DNA of 58,610 nt from a virus. Taxonomy: Duplodnaviria; Caudoviricetes. Shown piece after piece: positions 8,832-16,146 of this stretch. The number at the start of each line of letters is the position of its first letter. Position 1 is the first letter of the stretch. The translations under genes were made by a program, and so were the position numbers. Where the stretch lies: positions 1 through 58,610 of IMG/VR virus record IMGVR_UViG_3300037041_000775. One strand, given 5' to 3'. The notes under the pieces are model-generated. The model was not told the DNA's origin. It saw only the letters and a list, made by a program, of their open reading frames with translations, and made no database searches.

Positions 8832-9421
8832 TGAGCCGCAAGATCACGCCCGCGAAGCAGAAGCGGCTGGAACAGGTCTACAAGCGGTGGCATTGGGGCG
8901 AAGGCGCGACGCGCGTGATCGACACCGATCCCGATCTTCCGCCGCACCTTGTAGAGATCGGCCTACTGATGGAACTCCATCTTCGGCCGTTCGGCGCGAG
9001 CAAGGACACCGTACTCGCCGTGCGTGACGAGGACATTCCCCATTCGCACGTCGGCTTCGACGTGGATCACAAGCACCAACGGATCTACTTCCAGTGCTCC
9101 CCCGCGCTCCGCTCCAGTGGGCGCGACCTCTACCGGCGCTCCGAAGCAGATCCGACGCCGCTGGGCCACGTCGCCACGACGCTGGGCGAAGGCAAGCACG
9201 CGAAGAACTCCCGCGACTACGTCCGTGTCAACGTGAAGCCGCTCGGCCACCTCATGCACCTCACCTACTTCACGACGAAGAAGGGCGACGGGCCGTCGGG
9301 CTACATTCACGAAATGGGCGAAGAAGGCGGCGTGCAGCCGATCCTTTGCGTGTCGAGCGATGGGCGCTTCTGGCTCGCGGGCGGCAGCTACACCTGTCCG
9401 TCCCCCGGCATCACGAACTGA
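8831..9421 (+). CDS. Soluble His-rich protein of unknown function (196 aa)
   Basis: TGATG coupling; globular sequence ending YIHEMGEEGG...LAGGSY...GITN. Confidence 0.7.
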   Translation: MSRKITPAKQKRLEQVYKRWHWGEGATRVIDTDPDLPPHLVEIGLLMELHLRPFGASKDTVLAVRDEDIPHSHVGFDVDHKHQRIYFQCSPALRSSGRDLYRRSEADPTPLGHVATTLGEGKHAKNSRDYVRVNVKPLGHLMHLTYFTTKKGDGPSGYIHEMGEEGGVQPILCVSSDGRFWLAGGSYTCPSPGITN

Positions 9422-9593
9422 CGCCGCGCCCCTTCAGGTAGTCCCGCAACGCTTCCCGCACGAGGTTGGAGACGTAGACGTAGCGCCCCGTTCGCTTCGT
9501 TTCCTCATCGGCTGCGGTCTTCAGCGCGTCTGCGACCGGCTGGCGTAGCTTGACGCGGACAAGGACGTAGTCGGATGCGGGAGTGCTCGGCAT
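9411..9593 (-). CDS. Ribbon-helix-helix-like DNA-binding protein (60 aa)
   Basis: VLVRVKL strand, helix, VSNLVREALRDYL helix; TGGTATAG -10-like element upstream; divergent from the core/capsid operon. Confidence 0.65.
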   Translation of the reverse strand: MPSTPASDYVLVRVKLRQPVADALKTAADEETKRTGRYVYVSNLVREALRDYLKGRGVSS

Positions 9594-9711
9594 CCGTTTT
9601 CTATACCACGCGCGGTACGCCGATGGCACTCCACGGCGGGCGTTCACCTTTCCCTCTCTGCCCCGTTCCGCTACGACTACGGGGCAAGCCCAAATGCGTT
9701 CGGGAGGAACC

Positions 9712-11100
9712 GTGGCCCTCATTCTCCGCAACAACCCCGCCCCGCTCTCCGGTGCGCTGTTCGTCAAGAACCCGCGTCGGCGTCGGCGGAAGATGAAGAT
9801 GAACCGCAAGGCTCGTCGCAGCCTGCGCTTCTTCAACGGCATCGGTGCGGGCCTCACGGCGAACCGGAAGAACCGCAAGCGCCGTTCCAGCCGCGCGAAG
9901 AAGGGCGTGCTCGCTCGTCTCATCGCGAAGTTCCGGCGCAACCGCAGCGCGGTCAAGATGAACCGCTCGGTGAAGATGAACCGTCGTCGTCGCTCGCTTC
10001 GTCGTCTGATGATGAACCGCGCGCACGGGATGATGAAGCTGAACCGCCGTCGCCGTTCGCGCAAGAATCCGATGAAGTCCTTCCGCACCCGCAAGGGTAC
10101 GGTGTCCTTCTTCGCGAAGAAGAACCGCCGTCACCGTCGGAACCCGGAGGCTTCGGCCTCGGGCGGCTTCAACCTTCCGATCCTCGCCCCGGTGAAGTCG
10201 CTGGTGTCGAAGGTGCCGTTCATCGGGCACCCCGTCGCGCAGGCGCTCGGCTACATCGCGTTCGGCGCTGCTGCTGGCGCGACGCACTACTACGGCATGA
10301 AGGCCGTTCGCTACGTCGGCGGGATGCTTCCGGCGGGCGTGCAGGACTTCGGCCGCAAGTACGTTGCTCCGGTCGGCTACTCGCTGACCGGCGTGCTCGC
10401 CAACTTCGCGCTCCAGCGCCTCCCGGTCCCGTTCCTCTCCGACGATCAGAAGCGCAAGCTTGGCGTCGCGGCGATGATCGCGGGCGGCGTGCTTGACGTG
10501 TACCGCGCCATCAAGGGTCAGTCCTCGGATCTCGGGGACTACGACTACGGCGACGGTGGTGCCTACGACGTGGTCCCGCTCGCTGGCATTGGCGAGGGCT
10601 TCGGGGCCATCGGTGAGGGCATGGGTGCCATCGGTGAAGGCATGGGCGGCATGTACTCCGACGCGGAGCTTGCCGACGCCATGTTCTCCGGTCCCGACCT
10701 CGACAGCTACGAGGGCGAGGCCGCGCTCGCCGGTCCCCCGGCCTTCATGCGCGCCTTCCCCCCGCCGCCGAAGGTCGCCTCTCGTCGCGAAGCCGCGCAC
10801 TCCCGCCACGCGGGCCGTCGCGGTCACCGTTGGGGCTGGCTCATCAAGATGATCGGCTTCAACCGCTTCTATGAGATCGCCGCGATGCCGGAGCCGGAAG
10901 CGCGCGTTGCCCTCATCGCCGCGCTGCGGCAGGAGGCCGTCGCCGCCGCCGCCCAGCAGGCGGCTGTGAAGCAGGCCGAAGGTGTCTCGGGCATCGGCAT
11001 GGCGGGCATCGGCTTCTCCGGCATCGGAGAGGGCTTCGGCATGGTCGCTTCGGAAGGCATGGGCGAACTCGGCTTCATGGCCGCTGGTTCCGCCTACTGA
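9712..11100 (+). CDS. Arg/Lys-rich core-like precursor protein with hydrophobic segments and Gly-rich repeats (462 aa)
   Basis: GGGAGG RBS before GTG 9712; about 145-aa basic N-terminus punctuated by NP/NR motifs; GIGEGFG/AIGEGMG repeats. Confidence 0.75.
   Translation: MALILRNNPAPLSGALFVKNPRRRRRKMKMNRKARRSLRFFNGIGAGLTANRKNRKRRSSRAKKGVLARLIAKFRRNRSAVKMNRSVKMNRRRRSLRRLMMNRAHGMMKLNRRRRSRKNPMKSFRTRKGTVSFFAKKNRRHRRNPEASASGGFNLPILAPVKSLVSKVPFIGHPVAQALGYIAFGAAAGATHYYGMKAVRYVGGMLPAGVQDFGRKYVAPVGYSLTGVLANFALQRLPVPFLSDDQKRKLGVAAMIAGGVLDVYRAIKGQSSDLGDYDYGDGGAYDVVPLAGIGEGFGAIGEGMGAIGEGMGGMYSDAELADAMFSGPDLDSYEGEAALAGPPAFMRAFPPPPKVASRREAAHSRHAGRRGHRWGWLIKMIGFNRFYEIAAMPEPEARVALIAALRQEAVAAAAQQAAVKQAEGVSGIGMAGIGFSGIGEGFGMVASEGMGELGFMAAGSAY
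10585..10650 (+). repeat. Three copies of a 21-bp coding repeat (G/A-IGEG-F/M-G)
   Basis: ggcattggcgagggcttcggg / gccatcggtgagggcatgggt / gccatcggtgaaggcatgggc; the motif recurs near 11020-11070. Confidence 0.8.
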
Positions 11101-11107
11101 TTTCTTC

Positions 11108-11129
11108 GGGGCGGGGATGACCCCGCCCC
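11108..11129 (+). other. Intergenic GC hairpin upstream of the capsid-candidate gene
   Basis: GGGGCGGGG-ATGA-CCCCGCCCC with no U-tract; possible RNA stability or processing element. Confidence 0.5.
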
Positions 11130-11168
11130 TCCCCACTTCAACGGTTCACTCTCCCCACGGAGTTTCCA

Positions 11169-11867
11169 ATGTACGGCATTCCCGGCTACGCGCTCACCGC
11201 CCCCAGCGGCTCGGACATGATCCCGCAGGTTCCCTTCGATCAGCCCAAGAACCTCTTCCGGTACGGCGAGCAGAGCCTGTGGTCGTCCCAGCGTCACGCC
11301 GCTGGCGTCGCCATCGCGAACGGCACGTTCCGTCTGTTCACCACCCCGCTCGGTCAGGTCGGTCAGGGCTTCGCCACCGGCCTCACCATCGCTGAGACTT
11401 CCCTGAAGGAAGGTGGCCGTATCCCCGCTGGCGTTGCGTTCGACGCCTACGGGATCTCCTGCCTCGTGGCGACCGGCGTGACCGCGCAGGGCGCGCTCAC
11501 CATCGCGACCCCGGTGAACACGGTCGAGACGATCACCGACCTCATCAACGTCCAGAACAACGGCGTACTGACGTGGGACTTCGTCCAGACGCAGGTCGAT
11601 ATCGCCCCCCTGCACCTCATCGGCGCGGGCGGCGGTGCCTTCGGCGCGCTCTCCACGACCGCGAACAACGTGTCCGTCGGTCAGATGAACAACGGCGCGG
11701 GCTCGATCTGGATGTACCGCAAGCACCCGATCAGCCTCCCCGGTAACTCCACGTTCTCGATCCTCCTCCGCTACGGTGCCAACGCCGCTGCGGTCGGCGC
11801 GACGAACGACGTGGTCCTCAAGGTCGCCCTCTTCGGGTACTACAAGACGGCAATCGAGATCGGCTGA
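11169..11867 (+). CDS. Candidate major capsid protein (jelly-roll-like, 232 aa)
   Basis: Very biased codon use, alternating beta-strand pattern, no TM, directly after the core-like gene; the fold is inferred, not shown. Confidence 0.5.
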   Translation: MYGIPGYALTAPSGSDMIPQVPFDQPKNLFRYGEQSLWSSQRHAAGVAIANGTFRLFTTPLGQVGQGFATGLTIAETSLKEGGRIPAGVAFDAYGISCLVATGVTAQGALTIATPVNTVETITDLINVQNNGVLTWDFVQTQVDIAPLHLIGAGGGAFGALSTTANNVSVGQMNNGAGSIWMYRKHPISLPGNSTFSILLRYGANAAAVGATNDVVLKVALFGYYKTAIEIG

Positions 11868-12007
11868 TCTCGCGCCGTGGGGGGTGCGCGCGTTCCGTTC
11901 CGACGGCGCGTGCGTTACCCTCCCTGCAAGCGGCCCGCTTCGCGTCTCGTCGCGGGGCGGGCCGTTTCCGCTTCCACCCCCTCACTTTTCCGCAACCGGA
12001 GTGACCC

Positions 12008-12550
12008 GTGAGCGACCGTTCCGCTGTCATCGCCATGCCGACCACCGCCGATCTCGGCGGCGCGGGTCCGCAGCGTTTTGTCCGTGCGCCGTTCTACCCG
12101 ACCGCGCCGTTCTACTCGACCAACCCGAACGTCGGGTATCAGACCCGCTTCTACAGCGCGGGGCTGCTCTCCACCGACACCGACTACGCGGTGAACTCGG
12201 AGAGCATCCGTCGCGTACAGTTCGACATTCCGTGTCGGCTCATCGCCATCAACGGCTCGTCGTTCAGCGTCGGGCAGGGCAACGCCCTCCCCGTGGGCGT
12301 GTCCCCGCAGGACACGTTCCTGTTCCGGCTGGAATACACGCAGGGCGACAAGCTGCACATCAGCCAGCGCCTCGGCTCGACCGTCGTCGGCTCCGCGCAG
12401 CGCCCCGGTGAACTGGGCGGCGTCGGCTACACGATCAACCCCGGCGCGACCGTGATCCTCGGGATCACGCCGCTTCTCGCGAACCTTCGGATCGACATCA
12501 CGCTCGTCTGCTTGGAGATGCGCGGCCCGTCGAACTACACGGGGGGCTGA
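12008..12550 (+). CDS. Beta-rich putative capsid or minor capsid protein (180 aa)
   Basis: GGAG RBS before GTG; beta-strand pattern, ends LRIDITLVCLEM. Confidence 0.6.
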   Translation: MSDRSAVIAMPTTADLGGAGPQRFVRAPFYPTAPFYSTNPNVGYQTRFYSAGLLSTDTDYAVNSESIRRVQFDIPCRLIAINGSSFSVGQGNALPVGVSPQDTFLFRLEYTQGDKLHISQRLGSTVVGSAQRPGELGGVGYTINPGATVILGITPLLANLRIDITLVCLEMRGPSNYTGG

Positions 12551-12553
12551 TCC

Positions 12554-13144
12554 ATGAGCCAGTGGTGGGAAAACCCCGGAGACTTCCCCGCGAAGTACGA
12601 CCCGTCGGGCCTTCGGAACAACCCCGCTGGCACGATCCCCTTCCCCTACCCCACGAACCCGCCTATCGGCGTGTGGGATGGGGGACGGGGCTCCCTGACG
12701 TGGGCGACGAACCTGAATGGGCTGCTGGAGGCCCGTTGGCAGTCGCCGCTCTTCGACCTTCGCCCCGAACTTCGCGCGTCCATGCAGGGGAAGACCGGTG
12801 GAACGCCGATCTGGCGCAACTCCGGCACGGGCGGGAAGCTGTGGGTCCAAGTGGACAACATCACGCTCGATCTGCCCGCGCCCGCAACGAACGATTGGAC
12901 GGCGAACCTGAAGGTCATCAGTCGCGAGTATGGGCACGTCAACGACCCGCAGGAGGTCAAGCAGATCACCGTGGACGCCGACATCACGTCGGAGTTCACG
13001 GGGTCGGCGGACGCGGCGGTGCTGACGTTCCTGCCGCCGGGAGAGGGCTACCCGATCCGGTGGTATCGAGTGGACATCGTGTTCAGCTACACGCTGGCGC
13101 GAACCTTCACGCCCCCGTTCGCCATTTCGGCGGCGTACTACTGA
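12554..13144 (+). CDS. Beta-rich putative virion protein (196 aa)
   Basis: Tight operon spacing; Trp/Pro-rich N-terminus; terminal strands IRWYRVDIVFSY. Confidence 0.65.
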   Translation: MSQWWENPGDFPAKYDPSGLRNNPAGTIPFPYPTNPPIGVWDGGRGSLTWATNLNGLLEARWQSPLFDLRPELRASMQGKTGGTPIWRNSGTGGKLWVQVDNITLDLPAPATNDWTANLKVISREYGHVNDPQEVKQITVDADITSEFTGSADAAVLTFLPPGEGYPIRWYRVDIVFSYTLARTFTPPFAISAAYY

Positions 13145-13157
13145 CCGGGAGGCCCGC

Positions 13158-13535
13158 GTGGCGTTCATCAACAACAAGGGCCACGGCCACGACGACGTAG
13201 CGGCAGCAGTGTCGTTCCAGACGGAGATCATCACTCCGGCAAACGACCTGACTGTCTACACGGCGGAAGTCGGGAACCGGGGGATGCCGCGCGTCACCGT
13301 CTACCTGCGGCAGACGGCGGGCGCGGTTCCTTCGCAGGCCGTCATCGAGTTCAGCACCGCTGACCAAGTGAACAAGGTCAAGCTGTACTTCCCGGCAACG
13401 GCGGCGATCCCGACGCCGCTGAACGTGCCCGTGCTCACGACCGTGCAGATCCCGTCGAAGTTCGTCCGCGTGTCGATCACGCGGCCCGCTGGGCAGGCGA
13501 GCACCGTCGAAGTCGTCATCATGGTCGCGCAGTAG
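13158..13535 (+). CDS. Small beta-sandwich putative penton or vertex protein (125 aa)
   Basis: GGGAGG RBS; about 8 predicted strands, including KFVRVSI. Confidence 0.6.
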   Translation: MAFINNKGHGHDDVAAAVSFQTEIITPANDLTVYTAEVGNRGMPRVTVYLRQTAGAVPSQAVIEFSTADQVNKVKLYFPATAAIPTPLNVPVLTTVQIPSKFVRVSITRPAGQASTVEVVIMVAQ

Positions 13536-13617
13536 CCGCCTTCGGTGGCTATCGGCGCGCGGCCCCCGGCTTTCCGGCGCGGGGGCGTGTGATACCCCCG
13601 CATCGTAGAGGTCCGTT

Positions 13618-14202
13618 ATGCCGAAGTATTCCAAGGCCGCTTCCGCGACCATCGAGAAGCTGAAGGAGCAGTTGAAGGCCGCGAAGCAGGCCGCGACTGA
13701 TGCGAAGAAGTCGGTGAAGTCGTCTGTCTCCGAAGCGAAGACCGCGACGAAGGCCAAGTACGCGAAGACGAAGAAGCGACAGGTCTACGCCTACGGCAAG
13801 CTCAAGAAGACACAGAAGGGCGAGGACATTCCGGGGAGTATGTGGGAAGGCCCGACCCCGAAGAACCTGACGATCTACAAGGTCCGCCTCATGCTGGACG
13901 AGCAGCAGATCGGCATCTTTGGCCCCTACGCCACGATCCGCGCCGCCAGCGCGGACGCGAAGAACATTCTTCGGATGCACGTCGGACCCAGCTACAAGAT
14001 CGAAGAGATCGGCGTTGACGAGCCGCTTCTGCGCTCCGACGGCAACGTCAAGGTCTACTTCCACCCGTCGATCTACTCGGCGCAGGCGACCGACAAGGGT
14101 GTCCTGACCGCTCAGGTGATCGAACAGGGCGGCGAGGCCCAGCGCAAGAAGACCTTCGTGAAGAAGTACAACCCGCGCAGCCGTCGCACGACGCGCCGCT
14201 AA
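13618..14202 (+). CDS. Basic protein with Lys/Ala-rich N-terminus and YNPRSRR tail
   Basis: GAGG RBS; histone-like N-terminus; FGPY motif. Confidence 0.75.
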   Translation: MPKYSKAASATIEKLKEQLKAAKQAATDAKKSVKSSVSEAKTATKAKYAKTKKRQVYAYGKLKKTQKGEDIPGSMWEGPTPKNLTIYKVRLMLDEQQIGIFGPYATIRAASADAKNILRMHVGPSYKIEEIGVDEPLLRSDGNVKVYFHPSIYSAQATDKGVLTAQVIEQGGEAQRKKTFVKKYNPRSRRTTRR

Positions 14203-14214
14203 GGGGAGGCCACC

Positions 14215-14988
14215 ATGCCCGCCGAATACGTCACAAGCATCGTTGAAGGGCAGGACTTCTACATCACCGACATCGACCCGAACGCGGTCGTGACGGCGAA
14301 GCGTGGATCCCTTGCGCTTCGGCAGGACGACGGAAACGTCACCGTCTACATCAACACGACGGTCGGCGTGACGGGCGTGGGCTCGACGTGGGTCGTCCTC
14401 ATGCAGACCGGCTGGGCGGGCATTTCGCAGATCCTGCTGCGGGACAACGCCACCCCGGCGCTCGACATCGGTTCGACCGGCCTCGTCAACCTCCTGCGCT
14501 TCATCACCGCGAACGGCGCGGAGAAGGTGCAGTACCGTGGTGCGGGCACCTTCGACATCGTCACGGGTGGCCTGAACGTCGTCGCGGGCACGGTCACGTT
14601 CCCGCAGAACACGGTGGACATCGCCACTGCCGCTATCGCGGCGCTCGCGGGCAGCGTCACGTCGGCGCTCACGCTGCGGGTGTCGCACCCCGGCGGCGCG
14701 GCAGCGGTGGACACTGTGCTTCCCGTCCGCACGGGCGGCTGGCGCGTGCTCGACGCGATGGTCGTCGCCACGGCGGCGGGCGGTGGAGCGGCTGCGGTGC
14801 AGGTGCAGACGAGCGCGGCTGCGCCCGTGTCGTCCAACCTCGTCATCGACGGCGCGGTGGTCGCGGGCAGCGTCGTTCGCACGACCTCCCTGCTCAACAC
14901 CGTGTTTGCCTCTGGCGCGACCATCAAGGTGCAGGGCGTCAACGCCCCCGCCGCGTCCAACGTCTTCATCACGCTGGCCCCGCTGTAA
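14215..14988 (+). CDS. Putative spike or vertex protein (257 aa)
   Basis: GGGAGG RBS; Thr/Val/Gly/Ala-rich beta sequence. Confidence 0.65.
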   Translation: MPAEYVTSIVEGQDFYITDIDPNAVVTAKRGSLALRQDDGNVTVYINTTVGVTGVGSTWVVLMQTGWAGISQILLRDNATPALDIGSTGLVNLLRFITANGAEKVQYRGAGTFDIVTGGLNVVAGTVTFPQNTVDIATAAIAALAGSVTSALTLRVSHPGGAAAVDTVLPVRTGGWRVLDAMVVATAAGGGAAAVQVQTSAAAPVSSNLVIDGAVVAGSVVRTTSLLNTVFASGATIKVQGVNAPAASNVFITLAPL

Positions 14989-15728
14989 TGGCACGGACCC
15001 GCGTCATCCTGCGGAAGCACGGCAGCACCTACGGGGAGGTCACCTACCCGTCGGAAAGCGAAGCCGTCGCCGCCGCAGCGAAGATGCAGGGCGAAGCTTC
15101 GGGCCTCGAAGCCTTGCTGGCTCCGGCGACCCCGGAGCGCAACCCCCGGCGTCGCCGCAACCCGTCCATCGGGCGCGGGACGAAGCACCGCGACACCGTG
15201 GCGGAAGCCATCGAGAAGCGACTGCGGGCCGAAGGCGAGACGAAGGCCGAAGCGCGGAGCCGCGCCTACGCCATCGCCACGGCTGCGGAACAGCGTCGGC
15301 AGGGGCTGCGCGCGAACCCGACGCCCATTGACATCGGGTCGCTGGACTTCGCGCACTTCAAGAAGACCGTCAAGATCGCGGGGTACTACAACGTCCGCAC
15401 CGGACGCCGCTTCGCGCGCGTCGTGTCGAACGACGGCACGTTCGTGACCGACGTGCCCGTGGCCGACGGCGGCAAGGGCGGCACGCGCGTCAAGGGCGCG
15501 GACGCGGTCAAGAAACGGGCCTACGAACAGCTTCGCATCCATATCGAGCCGACGACGTGGAAGCCCAGCGTGCGGGTGAACCCCGGCAGCGCGGGCAGCG
15601 TCCGCTACGGCGGCACTCGGATCCGCATCCACGCCGGAACCTACACCGTCATGCCTCACGGCCCGACGTTCAGCGGTCCCGACGGATTCGTCAGCGCGAA
15701 GAAGTGGATCGACACTCACGGGGCGTAG
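14988..15728 (+). CDS. Modular protein with small domains separated by NP motifs (246 aa)
   Basis: TAATG coupling; ERNPRRRRNP, RANP and RVNP separate four segments; N-terminus paralogous to the 51047 and 51494 products. Confidence 0.75.
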   Translation: MARTRVILRKHGSTYGEVTYPSESEAVAAAAKMQGEASGLEALLAPATPERNPRRRRNPSIGRGTKHRDTVAEAIEKRLRAEGETKAEARSRAYAIATAAEQRRQGLRANPTPIDIGSLDFAHFKKTVKIAGYYNVRTGRRFARVVSNDGTFVTDVPVADGGKGGTRVKGADAVKKRAYEQLRIHIEPTTWKPSVRVNPGSAGSVRYGGTRIRIHAGTYTVMPHGPTFSGPDGFVSAKKWIDTHGA

Positions 15729-15763
15729 GTTCCCCCAACACCTTTCAGCAGGAGATCAGCAGC

Positions 15764-16045
15764 ATGTACGGGTACTTCGGTTCTGCCTACGACCTCGGGT
15801 CGTCCTACGACCTCGCTTCCGCCTACGACCTTGGCGATGCCGACTACGACGGCGTCATCATGGACACGCTCAACAAGAAGGTGGTCGGTGTCCCGGTGTG
15901 GGGCCTCCTCCTCGCGGGCGCGGCCCTCATGTACACGAAGCCGGGGAAGCGCCTGCTCGGGGGCCTCGGCCTCGGCGCGGCGAAGAAGAACCCCAGCCGC
16001 CGCCGTCGGAAGAACCGCCGCAAGTCCCGCCGCTCCCGCCGCTAA
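15764..16045 (+). CDS. Small membrane protein with YDL repeats and KKNPSRRRR tail (93 aa)
   Basis: AGGAG RBS; MYGYFGSAYDLGSSYDLASAYDLG; TM; Arg-rich tail. Confidence 0.75.
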   Translation: MYGYFGSAYDLGSSYDLASAYDLGDADYDGVIMDTLNKKVVGVPVWGLLLAGAALMYTKPGKRLLGGLGLGAAKKNPSRRRRKNRRKSRRSRR

Positions 16046-16146
16046 GGCGGATCGGTAGCCCTCGGCGGCTCCCCATGGGGTTGTTCCCGTCCGCGCTCCC
16101 GTTAGCGTGGAAGGGACAACCCCGTGCCCGTTTTGGGAGGTAGCCG

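Noticed and set aside
9712-10145. Arg-rich tracts as mere GC-driven shadow translation
   Set aside because: The tracts include many AAG, AAC and ATG codons, which run against GC pressure, and lie in RBS-bearing frames continuous with well-formed proteins.
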